This document shows positions 27,918-39,000 of a stretch of DNA of 64,000 nucleotides, piece after piece. A program made the position numbers and the translations under genes. The stretch spans positions 14,767 through 78,766 of the forward strand of contig DGUP01000053.1 in assembly GCA_002394685.1 (NCBI GenBank). The letters run 5' to 3'. Origin of the DNA: Treponema sp. UBA4307. GTDB lineage: Bacteria > Spirochaetota > Spirochaetia > Treponematales > Treponemataceae. The first letter of the stretch is position 1. Every line of letters begins with the position of its first letter. The notes below the pieces were generated by a model. That model ran no database searches, was not told the origin of the DNA, and saw only the letters and a list, made by a program, of their open reading frames with translations.

Positions 27918-29168
27918 TTAAAACTTAAAGCAATTTTCCATACGTATCATATTAGATCGAGGAATTCCGATTTTTTCAGCCACAGATTTCCATTGTCTTA
28001 TATTCTGTTTTATATCATCTGTAATTTTTGAAGCTTCATCCTTTTTTATTTCAAAATACTTTGCAGCCTCAATTGCTACATCAAAGCTCAAAGAATTATC
28101 CATGTCATCAATGTTTAGTGACAATCCAACACCATCAGGATTTGGATTTACATCATACATCGGAGAAAGCCTTAGTCCTTTCTGATCAAACAAGAATCCG
28201 TGGTTTCGTAAATGATCATCTGTATTTGTAACTGCGATGCTGAATACAATTCTTTTCCACAGTTCAAGAAGGTCCTCTTTTGTTTTTGAACCTTGCTGCT
28301 GTATGCACTGCACTATATCAAGATAACTTGTTCCATCTTGAGCATTATTTCCGTCAATCTTGCCAAGAGCCGTCATTGCTGAAATAAAATGGATGCGTTT
28401 ATCCTCTGAGGTGCGGTCAAATCTCTTAACAAGAAATGTACTTCCGTTTTTAGAAAATCTTTCACATTTTGCTTCTGGAACATTCAACCCGCACAAGACC
28501 GCTAACTCATGTGTTACCATTTCCCAGGCACCGGAATCTATTTCATCATGTCTTGATGGAAATTTTGCAATCCATAAACTGCCGTCAGGTGCTTGTACAG
28601 TAGCCTTTGGCCTTGCTCCGCCTAATGATGAACCTGGCTGAATCAGCATTTGTATTTTTTCCTTTTCTTCTTCAAGTGTAATATCTTCTTTTTCCAAAAG
28701 ATATGAAGCCTGTTCAAGTTCACGTATTGAGGTCCATATTGGAATTGAGTTCTTAGAATCCTCTGCTAAAAAAGGGCCGTCCAGCTCAGTTTTAAATCTT
28801 AATGCGCCCATTCTGGAAATATCTTGTATTCCAATCAGAAAATCACTTTCCATAAGTTTCTTTGGGGCTCTGTTTTCTTCTTTTGCCTCAATGGCTTCTC
28901 TGCGAGTCATTAAAAGTCGACCCCATCTGTCTGGACAAGAATCTGTAAAGAATCCAAACAATTCTTTGTTCTGCTGTGTATACTGACGACCTTTATATAA
29001 CTGTAAATCCGGATCAAAAAAAGAGAACTGCTGCGTTTGTAACCATTCTGTATCATACTCAAATGAAAAGATTTCTTTTCCCTTGAGCAAATCAACATTT
29101 AAAACACCTATAAGGGTAGGCTGCACCAGAGATTCCCAATCACCATATACAAAAATGTTTTTACTCAT
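27918..29168 (-). CDS. HipA-domain kinase toxin
   Basis: N-terminal FSFEYD..PDRWGR; SSLGGARPKA, WIAKFP, NTDDHLRNHGF, LSPMYDVNP. Confidence 0.9.
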   Translation of the reverse strand: MSKNIFVYGDWESLVQPTLIGVLNVDLLKGKEIFSFEYDTEWLQTQQFSFFDPDLQLYKGRQYTQQNKELFGFFTDSCPDRWGRLLMTRREAIEAKEENRAPKKLMESDFLIGIQDISRMGALRFKTELDGPFLAEDSKNSIPIWTSIRELEQASYLLEKEDITLEEEKEKIQMLIQPGSSLGGARPKATVQAPDGSLWIAKFPSRHDEIDSGAWEMVTHELAVLCGLNVPEAKCERFSKNGSTFLVKRFDRTSEDKRIHFISAMTALGKIDGNNAQDGTSYLDIVQCIQQQGSKTKEDLLELWKRIVFSIAVTNTDDHLRNHGFLFDQKGLRLSPMYDVNPNPDGVGLSLNIDDMDNSLSFDVAIEAAKYFEIKKDEASKITDDIKQNIRQWKSVAEKIGIPRSNMIRMENCFKF

Positions 29169-29492
29169 TTATTTGTCCTTTTTATCCTTAGGCGCGCGCT
29201 TCCTTGTAACCAGCTTCAAATCCTGCAATTTTCTGCCTAATTCATCATCTTTTGCAACTAACAGCATATCCTTTTCAAGTCCCAATGAATTAAGAACCGA
29301 CATATATATACCCATTGCAACTGACGGTGAACCTTTTTCAACATTTACAAGTGTAGCTCTGCTAATTCCAGCCCGTTCTGCGATAAGTTCACTTGATAAA
29401 CCTCTTCTTAAACGAGCCAGTTTGATGTTTTCACCTAATTCTGTTAAAACCTTCTGAACCGAAGGCAATAAAACAACAGCATTCTTTCCCAT
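29169..29492 (-). CDS. HTH antitoxin (HipB-like)
   Basis: LGENIKLARLRRGLSSELIAERAGISRATLVNVEKG; abuts hipA; start refined to ATG 29492. Confidence 0.85.
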   Translation of the reverse strand: MGKNAVVLLPSVQKVLTELGENIKLARLRRGLSSELIAERAGISRATLVNVEKGSPSVAMGIYMSVLNSLGLEKDMLLVAKDDELGRKLQDLKLVTRKRAPKDKKDK

Positions 29493-29547
29493 AACATCTA
29501 TAATTATATACATAAATTAAATATTTGTATATAAATATAGACATTAT
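29491..29547. promoter_or_regulatory. Imperfect inverted repeat operator of the HTH-HipA operon
   Basis: Core arms 29497-29512 and 29526-29541 match at 15 of 16 positions. Confidence 0.55.
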
Positions 29548-29643
29548 AGAAAGTGTTTTTACTGTTTTTCCTGCTATAAAATAAAGCTGTATAGTCCAAT
29601 AAACAAAATTTCACAAAAATTGTATATCAGACTAAACAATTTT

Positions 29644-30825
29644 CTACTCAAACAGCCTGTTAGCCGCTTCCATGGCTGGCTTTACGGCCTCAACCATCTC
29701 AGAAATTGCTGCACGTGTATAATGGTCCGTCATAGCAAGGCTATTGTGTCCTGCAATTTTCTGAACTGTTTCTCCGGCAACCTCGCGACGCATACGGGTA
29801 ATGTATGTGTAACGCAAAGAATGTGGAGTAAGTATCCTGTTTTCTGCATTGATTCCTGACATGCCAAGAATGCGTCTGAACCATTCCTCGGCAAGCCGTT
29901 TACGGATTGGCTTTCCGTAACGCATAAATACGTAATCGTTACCGCTCAAATTGTTTTGCAAAATGTAATTCCGCATAATCTGAGCAAAGTCTTCCGGTAG
30001 AGGAGCAACACGAAGCTTTTTATCATCCTCAGAACCGCATTTGTTGTAATTTGTACGGTAAAGTTGATTTGATTTGTAAAATCCATCAATAACCAGGATT
30101 CCTTCATCGAACAGAAATTGCCGAGCCTGAATTGCAATTCCTTCGCTGATACGAAGCCCGCATTTTGCACAGCACAAGAACATAAGATAAATTGCTTTAT
30201 GACCTTCATCAAACTGTGGATGCTTGGAGTAGTGATTACGACTCATATCCATCCAAAGGCTTTCGTTGAATAAAATGTTCAGTTCTTCTGTTGAAATAAT
30301 ATCTTTCTTACGACTGTTACGACGGAATTTTGGAAACAGAGGAACAGGAATGTACGGCAAATCATGGAACGGAGCTTCCGCATAAACTTCACTTACCACC
30401 GTAAGAAAGTTGTTTTTCCAGCTGCCTGAATGATAATCCTCGGAAAGAAAATCAATAATCATCGGAATCGTAAGCTTTGATAATTCCAGTTCTCCAAATT
30501 CTTCCACAAAAATATTAAGCATAAAGCGTTTTGAAAGGAGTGTTTCCGGTGTAAGAGTTTTACCCAGCTTCTCCATCCGCTCCATGTGCGGTCCGCCGGG
30601 AATATACATCCATTCGGCAATCTTCGCTATCGTGATTTTCTCTTCCACGAATAACGGTGGCAGGGTAGAAACAAAAGCGTATGCCTCTACTCGAGTCTTG
30701 CAGCCTTTGCAGACTTTCTGACGCATTACACCCGTAATAGGATCATTCCAATAGTAATACCACTTGTGTACTGTCTTGTTCTTTGATTTAGTTGATTTTT
30801 TGAAGATGTGATAATTTAAATCCAT
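29644..30825 (-). CDS. int: Tyrosine recombinase/integrase
   Basis: GLRISE, HSLRY, AGHN and DHY catalytic residues; N-terminal WYYYW arm-binding-like domain; GGAGG RBS before 30825. Confidence 0.9.
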   Translation of the reverse strand: MDLNYHIFKKSTKSKNKTVHKWYYYWNDPITGVMRQKVCKGCKTRVEAYAFVSTLPPLFVEEKITIAKIAEWMYIPGGPHMERMEKLGKTLTPETLLSKRFMLNIFVEEFGELELSKLTIPMIIDFLSEDYHSGSWKNNFLTVVSEVYAEAPFHDLPYIPVPLFPKFRRNSRKKDIISTEELNILFNESLWMDMSRNHYSKHPQFDEGHKAIYLMFLCCAKCGLRISEGIAIQARQFLFDEGILVIDGFYKSNQLYRTNYNKCGSEDDKKLRVAPLPEDFAQIMRNYILQNNLSGNDYVFMRYGKPIRKRLAEEWFRRILGMSGINAENRILTPHSLRYTYITRMRREVAGETVQKIAGHNSLAMTDHYTRAAISEMVEAVKPAMEAANRLFE

Positions 30826-30965
30826 ATAAGCCTCCAAGTTGTTATGTTAAGCACTTGATATTCGCTTAACATTTTCAACAACCTGAAGGTCAGATTAATT
30901 AGTAAATGCTTGTATTATATAGATTTAGCACCTATCCCGAAGTGCCAAATCTTAATTGGTCTCTA

Positions 30966-31026
30966 GATTTGAACCAAGGACCAAAGGATTATGAGGCCTC
31001 TGCTCTAACCGCTGAGCTAATGGCCC
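30966..31026 (-). pseudogene. Disrupted 5' copy of tRNA-Ile2 (att site)
   Basis: tRNA nt 1-61 with an anticodon-stem mismatch. The 3' T-strand and acceptor strand are replaced by TAGAGACCAAT. Confidence 0.85.
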
Positions 31027-31042
31027 GATTTAGGTAGAGCAC

Positions 31043-31072
31043 GCTATATCATAGAAGGCTTTGCTTAGTCAA
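31043..31072 (-). promoter_or_regulatory. Sigma70-type promoter before the disrupted tRNA copy
   Basis: TTGACT-N18-TATAGC with TGn extension. Confidence 0.5.
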
Positions 31073-31114
31073 TATAGACACGTGCCGGGTGTATAGGTGA
31101 GTTTTGTGTGAAAT

Positions 31115-34091
31115 TTAAAGCTTCAAGATTTCCGCTTCAATTGCCGAAGCAATTTTATTATCAACGATTCTCATGCAACATTCTTCATTTTCTGTATAAC
31201 CTAAAAAGTTGATATTGCCGTACCACATAATTTTTTCATCAATAATTGTAATCTTCTGGGAAATATTTTCCTGTTCTATAACTTTTATACCAATGTTCTC
31301 AAGCATACTTATGCAAGGAACTATTTTTTTCTGCTTTGCATCATCATCCTGTTTACGTACAAGAATTTGAATATTAACCCCTTTTACAAGAAGCGTTGTA
31401 GCACTCAAAACAAATTCCTGTACATTTACTTTCGAAAGATATGGAACACTAATAATGATTTTTGAAGCAGCTGATAAGATGTCTTTTTGAAAATCTGATT
31501 TGTAATCTTCTGCGGAATATAATTTAGATTCTGTTTGTATTTCTGCATTTTCAGAAATATTTTGTTTTATAGAATAACCAAGATGTCTATAACCTTTCAG
31601 ACGATTCTGATACATTCTATCAAAAACAGGAATCCGATAATCAACATAATCAAAAATTTGAACTTCATTTTTGCCAGCAAAGTTTCTGTGTAAGCGTCCA
31701 CAATACTGAACTAAAGTTCCCTTCCAGCTAAAAGGCATTGCGAGCATTAAAGTATCAATACGAGGATAATCAAAACCTTCGCCCGCGTATTTTCCTGTTG
31801 CAAGAATTATTAATGATTCATCTGCTGGGACAGCTTTCAGTTTTTCAAGGGTTTCATTCTTTTGTTTTTGGGTACCACGGCCAGTTATGAAAATGACATT
31901 TTGTGCTGAATCAGAAAGTTTTTCATATAAGATATTCAAATGCTCAATTCGTTCCGACAAAATCAGAGGAGTACGTCCGTCCTTTACAGCATTTTTTACA
32001 TCTGCAATTATCAGTTCGTTACGAGTTGAATTAGAAATAAGTTTATTGATTTATTGAAGGATTTTTTGATTCCGTAAGCTCCGGTACATAATGAAAACTG
32101 GAAAATCTCGGAATAAAATAATGTGCAAAATCCTGTGCTGCATTCATCTGTTTTGTTGTAGTAGAATATAAAACAGAACCACATTGATAAAAAATAATTT
32201 TCTGATGGCCATCACGACGAATTGGAGTTGCAGTAAGTCCGTAAACATATTTTGCCTTGAAACTTGCAACAAGATTTTCTGTAGAAAAAGCAGAGACGTG
32301 ATGACATTCATCTACAATCAACATGCCGTATTTATATGAGCGAGGCCTAAGTTCATCAGAACCTTTTTCAATCAAAGAATTTACAATAGCAATATCAACT
32401 ATCCCAGTTGACTTATCCTTTCCAGCTGCAATTGTCCCTGATGTTATATCAAGAAATTGTTTTATTGCTTTCTTCCACTGTTCGAGCAAAGCGTGTGATT
32501 GAACAAGTATCAGCGTATTAACATTACGCTCTGCAATTAAAGCAGAAGCTACAACTGTTTTTCCAAATCCAGTTCCAGCTGATAAGATTCCAACATCTTC
32601 TTTCAATAACGCTTTTAAAGCACCTTTTTGTTCATCATAAAGTTTTCCAGTAAATTGTAAATCAATTTGTTGCCCTGTTTCGCGTTCATCTGTGATTTCA
32701 TATTTGGCATTTGCTTCTTCAAGCTTTTCAATCACCTTTGTAAGATTTCCTCGAGGAAGCAAGAGATAATCATAATTTTCTTTTGAGCAATCAATGTATC
32801 TGGGAATGTTATAAAGAGGCAGATGCATCCGCAAGTTTTTGAAATACTCTGGATTAAGAAAAACAGCTGTACGGCGTAAAACTCCCAATGCTTTTTCTGA
32901 TATACCAGTCTTCTGTATTTGTACATAATTAGAAAGTACAATTTTGACCAGAGCAGAAAAATCAGATTGATTTAAGGATTCTTTGTTATTTGCAGGAATA
33001 TTGACTTTCGAATTGCTTTGTTTAGTTTGAAGTTCAGATTCATCTTTTTCTACAAAGTCTGGAAGTGACTTTTCAATTTCATTTATGGTTTTTCGTACAA
33101 GTCTTTCTGAGATTTTTTGTACTGAGGATAAGAAAGCCCATTGATCTTCGTAAGGCACAAAAATTTCATCAACAAAAACAGAGTGGCCGTCTTTTACAGC
33201 CTTCCCCTGTAATGGAAGGGCAATAAGATTTCCATATCCGCCTTTAGGAATTTCATCCTGATTTGGAAAAAATCTATCAAAGCTTTCAAATGGAATTGAA
33301 TGTCGTTTTTGCATTGCGGCTTTTATAACTGCAGTTCCAAGCCCTCTTGCTAGTCTTGCAGAAATTATTTCATCAAAGAAAATCCATAGATGTCCGCCAT
33401 TACCGGAGCGTGATATTTCTATATAGCTTTTAATTCCAAAATCAGAACAGGTTCTCTGAGCGGCAAGAATATCGTCTCTCCAAGTATTTTGATTCTTAGC
33501 TCCATGTGCGTACGTCGCTATCGCTCCGTTTGTATGAGAGGAAATTATTGACATTTGCGCCTTCGGCGCATGCGCATCAAAATCCATCGCAAGAAACTTA
33601 CAGAGATTTCCATCAATAAGAGGATAAAGTCCGATGACATCGCGGGAAAACTCGTCACGACCTGCGAGATGATTGTAAATGTAATTATCAGTCAACAACA
33701 CTGGTAATTTGAAAGGACAAGTCGCACAGGAATATTTCTTCAAGTCACATTTTCCAGAAGCCCACTTATTTCTGCAGACTGGAGAATAACCGCTTTTATT
33801 AGATTTAGAATTGAACCAGCGAAGTGCAAAAACATCTTGTCTGCCAGAAAACAAAGATTTAAATAAATCGATTTTTTGTTGTGGAGTGCTATGCCGATTG
33901 ATTGCAGGTGTTGAATTAAAAAGAGTATCTGCCACAGGGAGTATTGGCTTGTTTTGTTCGGAGAGAACCGGAAGAGCATTTTGTTTCTCTGTCAGATAAA
34001 TTCTAACTTCTTTATTTATATCAGACAAGTCTATCAGTAGAGAAATCAGATTTTCCTTAGATAAGGTTGAAAGATATTCTTTTAAGTCCAT
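31115..34091 (-). pseudogene. Frameshifted AEP primase-like / SF2 (DEAD/ResIII) helicase / PLD-like protein, split into 32043-34091 and 31115-31960
   Basis: FLAMDFD, SRSGNGGHLW, GTGFGKT, DECHH, GLTATP, ATGKYAGEGFD, QYCGRLHR, KITIIDEKIMWYG. After the stop at 32045-32043, the +1 frame continues KLISNSTRNELIIADV. Confidence 0.8.
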
Positions 34092-34099
34092 TTTCTATA

Positions 34100-35536
34100 C
34101 TATAAATTTACAAACAAATCATCCAACAAAACCTGACTGGAAATCCTCTGACTGTACATGTTCAACTTAACGCCGTAAGTTGTTACAAAAGTCAATTGAA
34201 TAACCTTTTTTGTTCCAGTTGTACTTTGGAATTTTGAAATCTTTCGGCGAATATCCTGATCATAGTTTTTGTCAATCACATATTCATCATTAACAAATTT
34301 CATCTCACATATATTGATAACACGGTCTCTTCGGTCTATGAGCATATCAATTTGAGCACCTTCACTTTCTTCATCACCCTGAACAAACCATGTAGAAACG
34401 TTTGCAAGAACACCTGAAATTCCTATTTTCTGCTTAATCTGTCTTATATGATCTTTACACAACTGCTCAAAGGTAAATCCAGCCCAAGATTTTCTTGCCT
34501 GATTATCAAGTGTATTGGACCAGAAGTGTTCATCTTTACCAGCATTTTCTTTAACAAATTTAAAATAGAACATAGTATAAAAATCAGCTAGCTGATATTT
34601 TGTCTGTCTTTTTTTATTTCCATAAAATGGATATTCACGAACAAAACCAGAATCAACCAGATTTTTAATCATCTTTGTCAAAAGTGAATTATCACTTAAT
34701 TTTGATTTCTCAACAAGTTCTTTTCTTGAAAACCCAATTCGCTTTTCTGAAAGAACTTCTACAATTTTGATATAGGCTTCACTGTTAGTAAATAATGTAT
34801 TATACAGATGTTCAAATTCATCCCACAAAGCAGCTCTCTTTTTGAAAAACAGATTATCAATATTTGCACTGTATGGAATGGAACCTTTCAATAAATTTAG
34901 ATAAAAAGGAATACCGCCAAGAATCATATAACATTCACAGATATCATAGCGTGACCAGTGAATATTTCGGGATAAAAGAAACTGCTCTGTTTCGTAAAGA
35001 TTAAAAGGTTCAAGATAGATGCGGCAATTCTGTCTGTTAAAAAGTCCACCCTTATTATGATCAATGTGTTCAATAAGCCAGGAAGTAGCAGAGCCGCATA
35101 CTATCAGCATCAGATTATTTTTCGAAGCTCCATAACTGTTCCAAAAATATTCAAAGGCTTCCAAAAATCCTGATTTATGGTTATCCAGCCAGGGCATTTC
35201 ATCAAAAAATATAACCTGTTTTTTATCGCGCGGTAAAGTATCTATGTAATCCCTTAACTGAAAGAAAGCTTCTCTCCAGCTTTGCGGAACACTAACTTCA
35301 GTTTTTGATTTTCGTTTGAGTTCTTCATAAAAATTATAAAGCTGTTCTTCTTTATTTTGGTTATAATCACCAACAAGCTTAAAGGCAAATTGTTCATCAA
35401 AGATTTGATTTATGAGAAACGTTTTTCCTACACGTCTTCTTCCGTACAAAATTACAAGTTGAGATTCTTTAGATTCATAACACTCATTAATCTGCTCAAT
35501 TTCTTTTTGTCGTCCAATAATTAAATCTTTAGCCAT
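34100..35536 (-). CDS. ATP-binding protein (archaeal-type ATPase family) with C-terminal nuclease-like region
   Basis: IIGRQKE, YGRRRVGKT, FFDE, LGGIPFYL, QIDML..ICEMKF. Confidence 0.85.
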   Translation of the reverse strand: MAKDLIIGRQKEIEQINECYESKESQLVILYGRRRVGKTFLINQIFDEQFAFKLVGDYNQNKEEQLYNFYEELKRKSKTEVSVPQSWREAFFQLRDYIDTLPRDKKQVIFFDEMPWLDNHKSGFLEAFEYFWNSYGASKNNLMLIVCGSATSWLIEHIDHNKGGLFNRQNCRIYLEPFNLYETEQFLLSRNIHWSRYDICECYMILGGIPFYLNLLKGSIPYSANIDNLFFKKRAALWDEFEHLYNTLFTNSEAYIKIVEVLSEKRIGFSRKELVEKSKLSDNSLLTKMIKNLVDSGFVREYPFYGNKKRQTKYQLADFYTMFYFKFVKENAGKDEHFWSNTLDNQARKSWAGFTFEQLCKDHIRQIKQKIGISGVLANVSTWFVQGDEESEGAQIDMLIDRRDRVINICEMKFVNDEYVIDKNYDQDIRRKISKFQSTTGTKKVIQLTFVTTYGVKLNMYSQRISSQVLLDDLFVNL

Positions 35537-35568
35537 AGCAATATAATAGCACTGGTTATTAAAGAATG

Positions 35569-35625
35569 CAATTATTACCTGCGGTTATCTCACATTTTTA
35601 TCGAGATAACCGCAGGTAATAATTG
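35569..35625. repeat. Perfect 23-bp inverted repeat with 11-nt loop
   Basis: CAATTATTACCTGCGGTTATCTC-N11-GAGATAACCGCAGGTAATAATTG. Confidence 0.9.
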
Positions 35626-35925
35626 TTCTCCGCTCATTGTAAGAATCTTATCCAGATGCTCTGCCCAATCTTTCATTGTCATAGGCTGCTGACGTTCTGC
35701 CTGACGTTCTGGAAAATAGAGATATCCAGAAACAATCTGTCCAAGAACACGTAGTTCTTTTTCATTAAGGCAATTCTTTGCAATAACAGCATCTTTTAAG
35801 TGAGGCTTTGTTCCTTCAAAAGTTTTAAGTCCCATGAATTCTTTTTCAGCATCAGCTCGATTATAAATAACTTCGGCAGCAGTTTGACCATGAACAGCAA
35901 AATGCAATGACTCGTGGATAAGCAT
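35590..35925 (-). pseudogene. Internal fragment of RhuM-family virulence protein
   Basis: LHFAVHGQTAAEVIYNRADAEKEFMGL, AKNCLNEKEL, MTMKDWAEHLD; both ends missing. Confidence 0.8.
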
Positions 35926-36021
35926 TTTATGAGTTATGGAGAGTCATTCCATGAGTATTAGACAATTCTAATGACAAAATTTACCTTGTCCACGGATGAC
36001 TATTACCAGAACATTGCCACA

Positions 36022-39000
36022 TTATTCTGTTCCAAGTGCTTCAAGTGTCTTAGATGTACCGTCATAGAAAGTAACAGTTGCTGTGATAGGAAGCGGATTA
36101 GCTCCAGTGCCTCGCCACTCCGAACCAAAATCAATAGACTTCCATTGAGTTTCCGTACACTGACTGTTATCTTTATAATTAATATTGGTTACGCTCTTGC
36201 ACGACCTAAAAGCACCAGCACCAATGCTTGTTATTTTTCCTTTTATAGTTATTGTTGTTATTCTTGTGCAACCTGACAACAAAGTCGCAGGAATTGATGT
36301 AATTTTCGAAGGCACTGTAAAGGAAGTCAAACCTGAACACCCCATAAACGCGCCTGCTCCAAGGCTTGTAAGGTTTTCAGGAAGAGTCACAGACAACAAC
36401 ATAGTTGCCTGCTTAAAAGCAGCCTTTCCAATGCTGGTAACAGAAGAAGGAATGTTTATAGACATAATATTGGTACTACTAAACGCATTATCTCCAATGC
36501 TTACCAACTTTGAGTCATTAGGAATTGTAACGTCACCAAGAGGGCAACCTTGGAAAGCCCCATCGCCAATGCTTGTGACGTTGCTTGGAATAGATATGGA
36601 AGAAAGATTAGTCAAATAGAAAGCATTCTTTCCAATTGATGCAATGCTTGTCGGAAGCGAAACCCCCGCCAAGTTAATACAGTTGCTGAATGCGGAGTCA
36701 GGAACTTTATTGTCGCTAAAGGTAGTCTTACTCAAGTCAATGGTTACCATTGTACCCGTGGAATAAGATTCATACAATTGTGTGAACGCAGAACGCATAT
36801 TGCTTAAGGCATCTTCCGTCACCGTGCCACCGTTAACAACAATTTTAGCAGTCGTTGTGCCGGCTGAAATGCTGTTAATCACGCTTTCCAAATCAGCAGG
36901 AGTTTCCGCAAAATAACCTTCCTGAACGAATCCATTACTGTCAATATAATAGCCGGTTGTTGCAAGTGCAAATTTCTTGTAGTTATCGCTGACTTTCTCT
37001 CCTCCGAGAACCTGTCTGTTTGCCGCATAACTTGGTAGTTTTATCGTTGCAACAGGAGCAGTTCCTTCAAGATTGCCTGGAATTGTTATTGAAGAAACTG
37101 ATGTTCCTTCGAGATATACTTCATTTTCTTTTACAACAACAGCTCCACCACTCATTTTAAATATTGCATCATTTGAAGCTCGAACAAGAACGCCCGCTCC
37201 GTTACCTGTAGCACTGCACGAGTTCGGCTTAGTGCTTGATCCTATTGAGCCACCCTGCATGTCAAATGTTCCTTCAAACAGATATACACCACCACCAGAA
37301 GAAGCAGAATTATCAAGAATGCTTGCACTGCCTTTCAGTGTAAATATACCTGCATTCATATAAACGCCACCGCCAGATGTGTCTGTTGCAGTGTTTCCAC
37401 GGATACTGCCATCAGTCATTGTAAATGAACCTGATACCATGAAAACGCCACCGCCATTTGCAGCACTATTTTTATACAAAGCACCACTAGAAGAACCTAT
37501 CATTCCGTTTCGCATATCTACGGTTCCTGAGTTATAGATTCCGCCACCATTTCCTGATGCTGTATTTTTGTAAATATTTCCTGATGAATTGTTGAAACTT
37601 GCTTGTTTTTGTCCTGGATTCTCTCCAGTAAACTGGTATGTATATCCAATATAAAGATTTCCTCCATTAAAAATACCACCACCAATTTTTGCTTCATTCT
37701 GACTTACAGTTGATTTTCCACCTATGTAGAAAGAAGCGCTTGCTGCATTAAAAATTGCTCCACCATTACCAGCTGTACCAGCTTTGTTAGTTGCAAAATA
37801 TCCATCATAAGAGCTTACTGAACCTAAGTTGTAAAGCCCTGCACCGTCACAGCTAGAAGTTTTGAAAGTATTGCTTGTAATCTGAACGCTGTTTTTCAAA
37901 TCAAGTTTTCCACTTGAACCTACATAAATTCCGCCGCCCTTATCTGCCTTACAGTCTGTTACAACAACATTATTTAGAGTTATAATTCCTGCAGAAACAT
38001 TAAGACCACCGCCATTCTCAGCACTTCCTTTCCTTATAGTAAGATTTTTAATTGTGACAGGAATATTTTTTCCGATTGCGACAACACTTGAAGTACTGTA
38101 GCTTGAGTCAGTTCCATTTCCGCCGTTAAGAACATTATTTCCTGCAGTTGAAGTTGCACCTTCTATTGAAAGAGATGCAACTGCACATGAACTTCCCAAT
38201 TCTCCTGTAGTATTGTTTACAACACCGTCTACATAAATCTTATAATCACAAGAACTGTCGGTAAGCTCTGTAAATGCCTTTGAAAGACTTTGATACGGAG
38301 CAGATTTCGTTCCGCGTCCGCTCGTATCGCTTGGAGCACCTGTACATACATTTCTTGTTCCCGTAGAAGCCACATAGATCGGGCTGTCGATGCGGACTTT
38401 GCTTGAGCTGTCTGTAATATTTTTTTCCCAGTCGCTGTCTGAGAGTTCAAATCTTTCTACAATTGCATCGGTTAATCCGCTTCCAGAAAGTATTGGACTT
38501 CCGCGCCTCCAGGTCTGAGTTGTTATGGTTGCAACTGTTCCGTTTCCTGTGAGGGTGCCTACCTGGATTGTAGCCTGTTTCCAGGTGCCTGAATCCTTGA
38601 TGTTCTGAAGCATGATGTCATTTTTGCCTTCACCTTTTTCTGTTCCGTCTGTAGTTGTAATTCCGTAAGGAATGACTGCGCTGCCGCTGATTTTAAAGTT
38701 TCCGGTTGAATCTACATAAGCTGCGCCGCCACCTGCACCGCTTGCTTCGTGAACTGTAACTTCATTGTCATAAATCTTTCCGCCGGACATTTCAAAGCTT
38801 CCGTTGCTGCAAACATAAACACCGCCGCCCTGAACGTGGCCCATGTTACCGCCGACTTTTACAGCAGAGTTACCGGAGATTTCCCCGCCTGTCATTACGA
38901 CCTTTGCATAATTTTCTGCATAAACGCCAAGACCAACAGCATCCAGACCTGCATTTCCCTTTGCAATGAAATTATGATTGTTTGTAATTTTAGCACCGGC

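Larger units (their letters stand above)
24431..31029. mobile_element. Approx. 6.5-kb integrase-bearing island in tRNA-Ile2, partly decayed
   Basis: 64-bp direct repeats at 24431-24494 and 30966-31029 (1 mismatch); tyrosine integrase next to one end; HipA module and pseudogenes inside. Confidence 0.85.

Noticed and set aside
30966-31026. Second functional tRNA
   Set aside because: The acceptor stem cannot form, and the anticodon stem has a C-T mismatch.
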